Shown here one piece after another: positions 38,251 through 50,071 of a stretch of 64,000 nt of DNA (position 1 is its first letter; every line of letters starts with the position of its first letter). The translations under genes and the position numbers were made by a program. The notes below the pieces were generated by a model. The model had not been told where the DNA came from. It saw only the letters and a program-made list of their open reading frames with translations, and did not search any database. The stretch is taken from the NCBI RefSeq assembly GCF_020745735.1, contig NC_083432.1:45757874-45821873 (forward strand), in the 5' to 3' direction. The DNA is from Hemiscyllium ocellatum. Its lineage: Eukaryota.

Positions 38251-38758
38251 AGAAAGTGAGGACTGCAGATGCTGGAGATCAGGGTCGAGAGTGTGGTGCT
38301 GGGAAAGCACAGCAGGTCAGGCAGCATCCGAGGAGCAGGAGAATCGATTTTCAAGCATTCTGATGAAGGGCTTATGTCGGCACAGTGGCACGGTGGTTAG
38401 CACTGCTGCCTCACAGCGCCAGAGACCCGGGTTCAATTCTCGCCTCAGGCGACTGACTGTGTGGAGTTTGCACGTTCTCCCCGTGTCTGTGTGGGTTTCC
38501 TCCGGGTGCTCCAGTTTCCTCCCACAGTCCAAAGATGTGCAGGTGAGGTGAATTGGCCATGCTAAATTACCCGTAGTGTTAGGTAAGGGGTAAATGTAGG
38601 GGTATGGGTGGGTTGCGCTTCGGTGTGGACTTGTTGGGCCGAAGGGCCTATTTCCACACTGTAAGTAATCTAATCTAATCTAGTCTGAAACATTGATTCT
38701 CCTGCTCCTCGGATGCTGCCCTGACCTGCTGTGCTTTTCCAGCACCACACTCTCGACT
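38251..38758. mobile_element. Palindromic PLE-derived mini-element containing an HE1 insertion
   Basis: Inverted arms; flanking direct repeat CTGAACTAGGTGTAAGG (38234) and CTGAACTAAGTTTAAGG (38759). Confidence 0.8.
38379..38682 (+). mobile_element. HE1-type V-SINE, young subfamily
   Basis: Complete head, core and (TAATC)3 tail. Confidence 0.9.
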
Positions 38759-39644
38759 CTGAACTAAGTTTAAGGTGATGAGGCTTGAGGGAGCAGAAGG
38801 GTCCAGGAACAAGTGTGATTCAGCTGGATAGGTATTTACCGGACAGTGCCAAGGGTCAAAAGCGTTCCAATATTTCCCCACCTCTTTCTGTAAAGATTAG
38901 CTATGCTGACTGGCTTATTTACATATTGCAAATTCTACATATAATCTGTAATGATAACTTTATTTATATAGACCTTTGACATAGTAAACTATACTTCACA
39001 GGGATATTGATGGGCACACTTTGATACCAAGCAATGTAGAAATGTATTAGTAAAGGTGATTCAGAAGTGGGGACTGGTGAGAGGCCAGTTTCGGAGGAAA
39101 GGTAAAGAGAAATGTTTATTTTTTTCCCCGTGAGAAACTCATTCTCACAAAGTGTTGTTCTTCTTTAGAACTCTCCTGCTGAAAACAGATGGAACTTGAG
39201 CGTTCGAATCCCAGCTGATGAAATCTCATTTGATAAGAACATTAGAACTAGGAGTAGGAGTAGGCCAACCAGCGCCTCGCACCTGCCCCATCATTTAATA
39301 GGATCGTGGCTGATCTCCTCTTGGTCTCAATGTCACTTTCCTGCCCCCTCCATAACCATTCATTACAATATAGGAACACAAGGTTGCACAGTTTCTTTAA
39401 CAATAAAACAAGTTTATTACATGAAGAGAAAGCAGGCCAAGCTAACTAAGTGTAGATACATTTTGAAATATCTTAGAACACAACAAAGAAAGTCTAATTT
39501 ATTCCCCAGCATCATAAATTTACAGCATTTTAAATCCCAAGAAATTATACTTCCATATCAATTCTTTAGCTTTGATTTCACTGCTTCCTCCTGTCTGTCT
39601 GTGACCTGTGACATCTCCTTAGAGGAATACCCAGAACTTAGGGT

Positions 39645-40145
39645 CATGGCGTCATCCAGCATAGAAACAGACCCTTCGGCCCAACCAATCCATGCTGACC
39701 ATAATCCCAAATCAAACTAGTCCCCACCTGCCTGTGTTTGGCCCATATCCCTCCAAACATTTCTTATTCATGAATTTATCCAAATGTTTTTTAAACATTA
39801 TAACTGAAGCCTCATCCACTCCTTCCTCTGGACGTTCATTCCACAAAGGAACCACTCTCTGGGTAAAAAAAGTTGCCCCTCATGTCCTTTTAAAAATCTT
39901 TCTTCTCTCACCTTAAAAATATGACCCTTAGTCTTGAAATCCCCCACCCACCTGCCATTCACTCTATCTGTACCCCTTATGATTTTATAAACCTCTATAA
40001 GGTCACCTCTCAACCTCCTGTGCTCCAGGGGAAAACATCCTAGCCCATCTAACCTCTCCTTATGACTCAAACTTCCATTCCCAGCAACATTCTGGTAAAT
40101 CTTTTCTGAACCCTCTCCAGTTTAATAATATCCTTCCTATAGCAA
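39645..40145 (-). mobile_element. CR1 3' end
   Basis: SHKERLDGLGCFPLEHRRLRGDLIEVYKIIRGTDRV. Confidence 0.85.
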
Positions 40146-40452
40146 TGTAGAATATATAATATAAATAGCAATAATAATATTCTTCTTATGAACCTGCAAG
40201 TTCCTTCACTCACTGGCCTGGTTCAGCCAATGGGCCTTCCTGCTGTCCCACTGGACTCCCGTTACAGTCCGATCTGAAATACATCCACCAGCTCCATCTG
40301 CTCAGAAATATTCAGAATGTGGAATTCTTCGCTGCAAAGTTCATGAGTGAAAAAGGGACATGGAATGAATTCGACAAGCGAGTGGGAGCATGGGCAGCTC
40401 ACAGGGAAGTGGACCCTTGGTCTAAAATTGGTGGGCTGAATGGCCTTTTGTG

Positions 40453-40585
40453 ATTAGAGTAGCGCTTGAAAAGCACAGCAGGTCAGCCAGCATCCGAGGA
40501 GCAGGAGAATCGACGTTTCAGACAAAAGCCCATCATCAGAAATGAGGCAGGGAGCCTCCGGGGTGGAGAGATAAATGGGAGGGGG
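40453..40585 (-). mobile_element. PLE 3' end remnant
   Basis: AAAGCACAGCAGGTCA...CGACGTTTCAGACAAAAGCCCATCATCAG...GGCAGGGAGCCTCC matches 32745-32870. Confidence 0.7.
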
Positions 40586-42769
40586 CCTGTTGTGCTGACC
40601 GTGCTGGAAAACTGGGAAATAAAATGGAAAGACCAGTAGTTCCAACCTTCACAAATTCACTTTCTCGGACTTTGCATTCCGTGCACCATATTGCCTCCTG
40701 CAGCATCGATTATCTGTGGTTCTGGGAGACAAATACAATGGAAAGTGGTAAGAATATATGTCAGAAGCCCTGGGAAAGACCTATCATACAGAGCCATTGA
40801 TCTGTCGTGTGCTGCATCTTGAGCCAATGCAGATGTTGCAGCTGCTGTGTTGCATTGATATGTACTGCAGGGCTGTAATGGGTGACATTATTTGCATCCA
40901 CACAGTAAAGCTGTACAATGCTGTTCATTACCAGCACTGTTAGCATCAGTCAGTACAGTACAGGGCATTATTAGGTCTTAGTGTTCTAAAAAATGAGAGG
41001 ATTACAACCAAGCATTAAATGACCTCAGAAAATGATGACGATCACTGAAAAGGTGACAGTGTTAAATAGACTGAAAAATGTGCTGGAGCTGCTGCACTGA
41101 TTCTAAATGCAGCATCAATGAATCCACAATTAGGTGCATTAGCCAGCCTGAAGAGTAAGGTCTCTGATGGTCGTACCTGACTATCGCTGTCTTGGCTGAG
41201 GGTAGATACAATCAGTTTAAGAAACTTAAAATAATGGAACAGAAATTTTGTCAGAACTTTGACCTAGAAGGAGCTGGTTCTGCCAGGGTGTACAGTGTAA
41301 TGTGTGGGAGGCTAAACAACGTTTCAGTTTGAGATGATACAATCAGAGAATCATTTCTAACCTAATCTTCAGTGTAACTTATTTTGAAGTCTGCCTTGCT
41401 GCAGATTGGAGCATTTTCAATAACAATGTACAAGTTCAAACTCCAAGGATGAGTGACCATGTGCACAGAAGGAGAATATGGATGACAGTGTGCACTGGAG
41501 CAAGTGGTACTAAACATTGACAGTGGAAATTGAAGAAGTAGTTTAATTCAAGGTGAACGAGAGAGGATTGCATCAACTCAGGTAGATTATTACTCCTTGA
41601 GATCATTTAGATTTGGTTTAAATGCTGTTGTTAATCACATTAATGTGGAATTCTGTGAACATATGATTTGGTCATGAGCTGTATTGAATGGGATAGAACA
41701 GAAACATTGGCTGAATGCTGTATTCGGGGGGGCATAGTTTCAAATCATCCAACCAGAAGGGGGCAGTGCACCAATACATGGGGAGTGCGATAGACTTTAA
41801 GCATCTACTTACTGCTTTTGGCTGATTCTTATGCTGTCAGATCATTGAGTGGCTTGTATACATTTTCTGTGTTCATCTGGGAGGAAGTCCTGTCTTGTTG
41901 CAGCAGCCATTGGGAGTGCTGGCCACTCCCAGGACTGCATCCAGTCCTCTCAACCTTTGGAGCCATAGACATAAGCCTGGGACCTTACTGGGGCAAGATG
42001 GACAGGCACTGGAAACTGGGGAGCGAGTGCTGAGTGCAGGGAGAGAGAGGGAACATCCGAGTGGTGGTAATTATCTTGCAAGGGTGCATCAAGTGGGCAC
42101 AGGAAGTCTGAGACCAAGGCATCCCTTCCATTGGCCATTCCCCTCCACCACTGGTTATATCGTAGAGGCCAGGGGGTGCAGGAAGTCCTCAGGGGGAGAG
42201 TAGTTAGCTTAATTGGAAGAAAGGTCTGCAGCTGGTAAAATTATGAATGAGGTGGGAGGGCAGGTATGGGTACAGAAATCAGCCCAGTCCAGTGAAAAAA
42301 GAAAATTTGAAGATTTTATTAAGGCCATGGTGAAGGTTAAAACATGTAAGAATTTATTTAAACTGGAATCACCCAGGGAAGAAGAAAATCATGAAACAAT
42401 GGTGATCATTATTAGAGTTATCGACATTGGGAATCAGCTATCAGAAACCATCAAAGAAGTGAGATTCATCTCTTAAATCTGCGAGTAGTCAGATTCATTT
42501 AGTAAAATTGTTGTTAAAGTGAGCATTTTTTATATTAAAGTGGAAACTAGCGGGATTCATCTAGAAAAGCCATTGGTAAGCAGGAGGCATTTATTGTGGC
42601 TGTGAATAGCAGGATTCATCCTGTGAAGCCATTAAAAAAAAGGTGATCATCCATTTTGTTCACAAGATGAAGGAATAACTTTTTAAGCGAGAAAATAAAT
42701 TATCACATTAGATGAACTAATCAGAAATATTATTCACATGAATATTTAATTTTGGAGATGCACTGAATA

Positions 42770-43200
42770 GAACACATAATTGGACATCTTGGAGAAAACA
42801 ATGCTAAAAATATAGAACTACTTCCAAACTAGATACTAAATCAAAAGTTGAACAAGTTAATTCTAAATCTAACTGTGAATATTGTTTATGATGGTTTAGA
42901 TGATCAAGACATGAAAAAAGTAACAGATACTACTGAAGAAATATTGATAATTACTTCAATCTCAGAACCAAATTCTTGAAAGATCAAGATTCAAGAGAAG
43001 AGTTCACTATCCATAGGAATTCATTGATGATTTCATCAAATACTTTTACAGATTCATGGAAATCTGAACTATGTTGATTTACAGTCAGAATTCATAAGAG
43101 CAAGATTAGTTGTTAGAATTGCTAATGAGTCTCTATCAGATTTATAACAATCTAAAGAAGACCTAACTCTAGAAAGGGCCATTCAGGTGGAGAATGGAGG
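42770..43200 (+). mobile_element. Gypsy LTR-retrotransposon gag relic
   Basis: Manual translation across stops and frameshifts: NWTSWRKQC*KYRTTSKLDTKSKVEQVN...ERSRFKRRV...EFIDDFI...SEFIRARLVVRI...KEDLTLERAIQ. Confidence 0.7.
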
Positions 43201-43343
43201 GAAGTTTGGAAGCATCACAGAATAAAACCAAGAGAAAAAGATCAACCTTGGCAGAGGAGATCAGCAAAGTCTATTCAGTTCTTTGTTTTTATTCATTCAT
43301 TTGATGTGGGTATCTTTGGCTAGTTCAGCATATGTAGAATGAG

Positions 43344-43462
43344 TAAAAAGTGAGGTCTGCAGATGCTGGAGATCAGAGCTGAAAATGTGTTGCTGGTTAA
43401 AGCGCAGCAGGTCAGGCAGCATCCAAGGAACAGGAAATTCGACGTTTCGGGCATAAGCCCTT
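43344..43462 (-). mobile_element. Short PLE 3' end insertion with 15-bp target-site duplication
   Basis: Close match to 51108-51228; flanked by CATATGTAGAATGAG at 43329-43343 and 43463-43477. Confidence 0.85.
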
Positions 43463-43649
43463 CATATGTAGAATGAGGGCAGTCTCAGACAAAAACAAAA
43501 TATTCAACAGCTACTCACACAAAGAAGTCAATGTGGAAAAATATTCCATCATAGAAGAAAAACTTAAAGTGTTCCCAGCTGGAGTAAGTGATCCAGATAT
43601 TACATTTTCATATCAATGTGATCTCACAAATTTAAAGTTAGACACCATG

Positions 43650-45850
43650 GGGACGGTGGGGGTGTACTGGTGAATGGGGTCAGTGGGGCGTGCTGGTGGA
43701 TGGGGTCAGTGGAGGTGTGTGCTGGTAGATGGGGTCAGTGGGGGGGGGGTGTTGGTAGATGGGGTCAGTGGGGGGGGGTGTTGGTAGATGGGGTCAGTGT
43801 GGGTTGTGTTGATGGATGGGGTCAGTGCGGCTGTGCTGGCATATGGGGTCAGTGGAGGGTGTGTTGGTGGATGGGGTCAGTGCGGCTGTGCTGGCATATG
43901 GGGTCAGTGGAGGGTGTGCTGGTGGATAGGGTCAGTGGGGGTGTGTGCTGGTGGATGGGGTCAGCGGGGCTGTGCTGGTGGATAGGGTCAGTGGGGGGTG
44001 TGTTGATGGATGGACTCAGTGGAGGTGTGCTGATGGATGGGGTCAGTGGGGGTTGTATCGGTGGGTGGAGTCAGTGGGGCTGTGCTGGTGGATGGGGTCA
44101 GCGGGGGTGTTGGTGGATGGGGTCAGTGGAGGTGTGCTGATGGATGGGGTCAGTAGGGGGTGTGCTGGTGGATGGGGTCAGTGGGGGCTGTGTTGGTGGA
44201 TGGGGTCAGTGGTGGTGTGCTGGTGGATGGGGTCAATGGGGGTGTGCTGTGGATGGGGTCAGTGGGGCTGTGTTGGTGGATGGGGTCAGTGGGGGGATGT
44301 ACTGGTGGATGGGGTCAGTGGGGTGTGCTGATGAATGGGGTCAGTGGGGGTGTGCTAGTGGATGGGGTCAGTGGAGTGTGTGTTGGTGGATGGAGTCAGT
44401 GGGGGGTGTGCTGGTGGATGGGGTCAGTGGGTGTGTACTGGTGGATGGGGTCAGTGGGGTGTGCTGATGAATGGGGTCAGTGGGGGTGTGCTAGTGGATG
44501 GGGTCAGTGGAGTGTGTGTTGGTGGATGGAGTCAGTGGGGGGGTGTGTTGGTGGATGGGGTCGGTGGTGTGCTGGTGGATGGGGTCAGTGGGGGTGTATT
44601 GGTGGATGGGGCCAGTGGGGCTGTGCTGGTGGATGGGGTCAGCGGGGATGTGTTGGTGGATCGGGTCAGTGGAGGTGTGCTGATGGATGGGGTCAGTGGG
44701 GGGTATGCTGGTGGATGGGGTCAGTGGGGCTGTGTTGGTGGATGGGGTCAGTGGTGGTGTGCTGGTGGATGGGGTCAATGGGGGTGTGCTGTGGATGGGG
44801 TCAGTGGGGCTGTGTTGGTGGATGGGGTCAGTGGGGGTGTGTGCTGGTGGATGGGGTCAGTGGGTGTGTACTGGTGGATGGGGTCAGTGGGGTGTGCTGA
44901 TGAATGGGGTCAGTGGGGGTGTGCTAGTGGATGGGGTCAGTGGAGTGTGTGTTGGTGGATGGAGTCAGTGGGGGGGTGTGTTGGTGGATGGGGTCGGTGG
45001 TGTGCTGGTGGATGGGGTCAGTGGGGGGTGTGTTGTTGAATAGGGTCAGTGGGTAGTGTGCTGGTGGATGGGGTCAGTGGGGTGTGTGTTGGTGGAAGGG
45101 GTCAGTGCGGGGTGTGTTGGTCGATGGGGTCAGTGGGGCTGTACTGGTGGATGGGGTCAGTGGGTGGTGTGCTGGTGGATGGAGTCAGTGTGGAGTGTGC
45201 TGGTGGACAGGTCAGTGGAGGTTTGCTGGTGGATGGGGTCAGTGGGGGTGTGCTGCTGGATGGGATCAATGGGGGTGTGCTGGTGGATCGGGTCAGTGGG
45301 GGTTGTGCTGGTGGATGGGGTCGGTGGGGTGTGTGCTGGTGGAAGGAGTCGTTGGGGTGTGTGCTGGTGGATGAGGTCAGTGGGGGTGTGCTGGTGGATG
45401 GGGTTGGTGGAGGGTGTGCTGGTGGATGGGGTTGGTGGAGTGTGTGCTGGTGGATGGGGTCAGAGCGGTGTGCTGGTTGATGGGGTCAGTGGGGGGTGTG
45501 CTGGTGGATGGGGTCAGTGGGGGTGTGCTGGTGGATGGGGTCGTTGGGGTGTGTGCTGGTGGATGGGGTCAGTGGAGGTGTGCTGGTGGATGGGGTTGGT
45601 GGAGGGTGTGCTGGTGGATGGGGTCAGAGTGGTGTGCTGGTTGATGGGGTCAGTGGGGGTGTGCTGGTGGATGGGGTCAGTGGAGGTGTGCTGGTGGATG
45701 GGGTTGGTGGAGGGTGTGCTGGTGGATGGGGTTGGTGGAGGGTGTGCTGGTGGATGGGGTCAGAGCGGTGTGCTGGTTGATGGGGTCAGTGGGGGGTGTG
45801 CTGGTGGATGGGGTCAGTGGGGGTGTGCTGGTGGATGGGGTCGGTGGGGT
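43650..45850. repeat. G-rich minisatellite, unit about 26-28 bp (GGTGGATGGGGTCAGTGGGGGTGTGCT)
   Basis: Roughly 80 tandem degenerate units with recurring multi-unit blocks. Confidence 0.95.
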
Positions 45851-46177
45851 TATGTTTGTCGAGGTGTTTGTGGAGATATTTGATAGCACCCAACACAGCA
45901 TTCAGCTTCCAGTGATTCCAATTCATTTACCTTCTCATTCAATAATTAATACATTTTTTAATATTAGGAATATATCATTTTCATACTTCGAGTCACCTTA
46001 TCAAATATTTCTGCCTTCACTGTTTTGTTGAGTATGTGTTGAGGGATTACAATCCATTGTATTGATTATAATGTGACAGATTGTAATTATGTTGGAGTTC
46101 AGGGTGATGATGTGGAGGTGCTGGAGTTGGACTGGGGTTGGACAAATCACACAACATCCAACAGGTTTAGTTGGAAG

Positions 46178-46212
46178 CACTAGCTTTCGGAGCAATGTTC
46201 CTTCATCAGGTG
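46178..46212 (-). ncRNA. Minimal type I hammerhead ribozyme motif
   Basis: CAC-CUGAUGA-A-GGAAC-AUU-GCUCC-GAAAGCUA-GUG; one mismatch in stem II. Confidence 0.6.
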
Positions 46213-46762
46213 GTTGTGGAGTATAAGGTCGTGGGACACAGAATTATAGCAAAAGTTTACAGTGTGATGTAACTGAAATTATATATTGAAAAAGGCCTGG
46301 ATTATTTATTAAGTCTCTCATCTTTTAGAATGGGGAAGATGGTTTCAGTTCTTTCATCCAGAACTTTGTTAAAGTTACATTCTCAAGGGAACTTTAATAA
46401 TAGGTACCCTGTTGGCCCAGATCATGCATTGAAGGTGTGAGGTGCACTGTGTGAGACTGTCTGTGCTCCAAAGGTCAGACTGATTCTAATCTAAAAAAGG
46501 GATTTACAGAATCTTATATGGATTCATGTAGTTTTTGAGCAAAATAAAGCGTAATTCTGCAAGTACAAATTCACCCCACAGACTTATATGTGTATGTGTG
46601 CATGTGGGTGTGGAGGTGGGTGGCAGGGAAATGTATGAGTGAGTGTGAGAGAGGGTGTGTATGTATATGTGTGTGAGTGTAAAGGGGTATAAGTCTATGA
46701 GAAGGTGCATATGTGAGTATGGGAGTGAATGTACGAGAGTTTGTATATGAGAGAGGGTCTGC

Positions 46763-46926
46763 NNNNNNNNNNNNNNNNNNNNNNNNNNNNNNNNNNNNNN
46801 NNNNNNNNNNNNNNNNNNNNNNNNNNNNNNNNNNNNNNNNNNNNNNNNNNNNNNNNNNNNNNNNNNNNNNNNNNNNNNNNNNNNNNNNNNNNNNNNNNNN
46901 NNNNNNNNNNNNNNNNNNNNNNNNNN
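46763..46926. other. Assembly gap (164 N) next to a TG/GA-rich tract
   Basis: Run of N. Confidence 1.
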
Positions 46927-47374
46927 TAGTGTGACGTGAACCCAAGGTCCCAGTTGAGGCCCTTCCCATGGGTACTGAACCAGGCTCTCACCCTCTGCTC
47001 GCCCCCTTTGTTGTTGTTGCCTGTGAAGGGGGTTAGCGCATCCCACTGATTTCAGCGATTTTTCAAAACTACAAAACCTTTTGTGTGCATGTGGTGGGAT
47101 TACAGTGAGCTGTTTACAGGCAGCAAATGGAAAATAAACAATAAAATAATATGCTGGAAATACTCAATGGATCAATCAGCATCTGTAGACAGAGAAACCT
47201 CTCAGGTCAATGGCTTGTCAAAGGTACTATGAAAGCTCTTTGATCTGAAACGTTAACTGTTTTTCTCTCTCTGAAGATACTGCTAGATTTGCTGAGTATT
47301 TTCTACTTTTATTTCTGATTTCTGTACTAATGGTGGTTAGAGTGTTCTAGAATCCCCCACATTGTAGGAGGGAC

Positions 47375-47920
47375 ATGATAACACTGCAGAGGGTGCAGAG
47401 TCAGACTTACCAGGATGTTGTCTGGCTGGAGAATTTTAGTTACGAGGAAAGATTAGACAGACTGGGGTTGTTCTCCTTGGAGCACAGAAGACTGTGTGAA
47501 GTTATCATGATTTAGTGATGCTGGTGTTGGACTGGGGTGTACAAAGTTAAAAACCTGGTGTTGTGTGATTTTTTAACTGGGTAAGGTTATGTGGCACATA
47601 GACAGGAAGTAATTTATCCTCCTTGGGGGAAGGCTCACTGACCAGGGGTCACAGACTTAAGGTGAAAGGCTAGAGGTTTTGGGGGGATATGAGGGAAATG
47701 AGTTTTCACCCAGATGGTGGGAACTTGGAGCTCACTGCCTGTAAAGGTGGTGAAAGCAGAGTATTTGAGTTATTTTGATGTGTGCATTTGTGATGCCAGG
47801 TCATACAAGGCTATGAGGCAAGTGCTGGAAAGTAGGATTAGAACAGTTGGTGCTTGGTTTTGACTGGAACAGACTGGAAGAGCCTTTTTCTGTCCTGTAG
47901 ATCTCTGTGACTCTATGACT
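47375..47920 (+). mobile_element. Old CR1 3' fragment with a short PLE-end insert (about 47515-47578)
   Basis: GAGGGTGCAGAG...ACCAGGATGTTG...TTACGAGGAAAGATTAGACAGACTGGG; TGACTCTATGACT tail. Confidence 0.6.
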
Positions 47921-49179
47921 ATTTTGCTTCTGTGTAAATTGAATGAAGATATGTTACAGTAAGATTTCAAAGCTGTTCCAATGAATGCAGCTGTGTTAGT
48001 GAGATTATGATCCCATTAATCAGAATGGATCTGTTAGAGTGAGATTACAATCCCACTGAATTGCATGAATCATTATTACTTACTCATAGAATTGAATGGA
48101 ATCGTGTTAATTTAGTTACAACAAGATGTCAAGAAACAGATTACATTGATATCCTTAGACCAGGAGAAGAGGAGGAGAATCAGTCTGCAGGGTAGGGTAG
48201 CTGTCATTGTGATTGATAACTGAACCTGTGTTCAGGCACTCACTGGGAATGTTTTCACCACAAAACTCACCGGAACTGCCTTTGATTCCTTGTTTGGTGG
48301 GGGAGGGGGAGGAGAGGGGTGTGTGGAAGGCTGGAATGATCCTATTTTATGGATATGAGAGTGTTAAAATGGAGCGTAATTAAATGGGTTACTAATCAAC
48401 GTTAGGGAGAGCAGTCAGGATCCTGTGAAGTGATGGATGTGTGACAGTTGTGCAGAGGTTGAGGCGAGGATTCAGCTACAGTTGGATGTCTGTGCACTGC
48501 GCACAGTAATAGTCTCACACAGGGACAGAGTCAGCTTCTAATTAACAGTGAACCTCCCACTGCCACAGTCAATGAGCTTCCTGGTAGATAACCCAAGAAA
48601 CAGATCAGTGAGACAGGCGGCTGGAGATTTAATGATTGTTGGATGGCATTGAGTGAGCAGCCCACAATGAGGTGTGTGAGAACTTCTGGTTGTTGCTGCT
48701 TCCCTGCTCAGGTTTCTAACCTCATTTTATTGAGAAAAAAGCCCCAGATGTCAAAGGCAGTCACAAGAGTCCAGCCAATGTTCACAGAACCCAGGCCGGA
48801 CATGAAAGGGGTGTTGTCTTCTGCAGAAAAGGAGATGCCTGAGTAAAAATGAGATGCTACACACCTTTCATGTACCTTTCATGTTGTAGGAAACATATAA
48901 AAGATCCATTACCTCTGTGTATTTTATACCACTCCGTCATCAATGGAGAAAGGAAAAGAGGAACAATTGCTATTACAAGAAAACACAACCGCAACATTTC
49001 TTTTTAAACTGGTATTTCCTTTGTCCCCATTCGCAACAGAATGATCCTGAGGCTGAAATGATGACATTGTGAGGGCAGGTTTTGTAAATTGGGTTCACAT
49101 TTCCTTAAAAATAGTGACTGAGTTGGTGTTCGATCAGAGGTGTTTCTGATGATCAGTGTTTGGATAGGGTCAGTGAAGG

Positions 49180-49805
49180 GAAGCTGTTTCTGCTGTTGGG
49201 GGAGAGGCTGGGGGAGCTGTTTCTGATGTTGGGGGGAGAGGGTGGGGGAGCTGTTTGCTGTTGGGGGAGAGGCTGGGGGGGGCTGTTTCTGCTGTTGGCG
49301 GGAGAGGCTGTGGGGGCTGTTTCTGATGTTGGGGGGAGACGCTGGGGGAACTGTTTGCTGTTGGGAGGAGAGGCTGTGGGGGGCTGTTTCTGCTGTTGGG
49401 GGGAGAGGCTGGGAGAGCTGTTTCTGCTGTTGGGGGGAGAGGCTGGGGGAGCTGTTTCTGATGTTGGGGGGAGACGCTGGGGGAGCTGTTTCTGATGTTG
49501 GGGGGAGACGCTGAGGGAACTGTTTGCTGTTGGGGGGGAGAGGCTCTGGGGAGCTGTTTCTGCTGTTGGGGGGGAGAGGCTAGGAGAGCTGTTTCTGCTG
49601 TTGGGGGGAGAGGCTGGGGGGGCTGTTTCTGCTGTTGGGGGGAGAGGCTGGGGGGGCTGTTTCTGCTGTTGGGGGAAGAGGCTGGGGGGGCTGTTTCTGC
49701 TGTTGAGGGGAGAGGCTGGGGGTCTGTTTCTGCTGTTGGGGGAGACGTTGGGGGGGCTGTTTCTGCTGTTGAGGGGAGAGGCTGGGGGGCTGTTTCTGCT
49801 GTTGA
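49180..49805. repeat. G-rich minisatellite, left part, unit about 32-35 bp (GCTGTTTCTGCTGTTGGGGGGAGAGGCTGGGGGGA)
   Basis: Direct tandem repeats. Confidence 0.95.
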
Positions 49806-49811
49806 GTAGAG

Positions 49812-50039
49812 TTGCTTCCAGTTCTTCGGGTTGGTGAGGCCAGAAACTGGGAGATAATGGACTTGAATGTGTGGCTGGGCAACTGGTGCAGGAAGCAAGG
49901 ATTTAAATTCTTGGATCACTGGGCTATGTTTTGTGGTCAGCATAAATTCTACAAGAGAGACGGTTTGCACCTTAATAGAGTAGGGACCAGCATTCTGACA
50001 GGCAGGTTTGCTACTGCAACACCGCTACGTTTAAACTAA
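49812..50039 (+). pseudogene. CR1 ORF1 C-terminus, SGNH/GDSL esterase-like
   Basis: LNVWLGNWCRKQGFKFLDHW...YKRDGLHLNRVGT (DGLH catalytic block). Confidence 0.85.
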
Positions 50040-50071
50040 GTAGCGGGGGGGGGGGGGAGGGGACAAACTGG

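Larger units (their letters stand above)
46105..47010 (-). mobile_element. PLE 3' fragment (second Neptune-like family) spanning the gap
   Basis: C-terminal peptide EQRVRAWFSTHGKGLNWDLGFTSH resembles the GIY-YIG end EQ.LI.KF.T...GLNRDLG; CA-rich 3' UTR; terminal segment shared with 31814, 47515 and 63117. Confidence 0.7.

Noticed and set aside
43670-46031. Long Gly/Trp/Cys/Val-rich ORFs up to 275 aa
   Set aside because: Open frames produced by a stop-poor tandem repeat in several frames; not genes
46504-47046. ORFs spanning the N run
   Set aside because: Artefacts of the assembly gap
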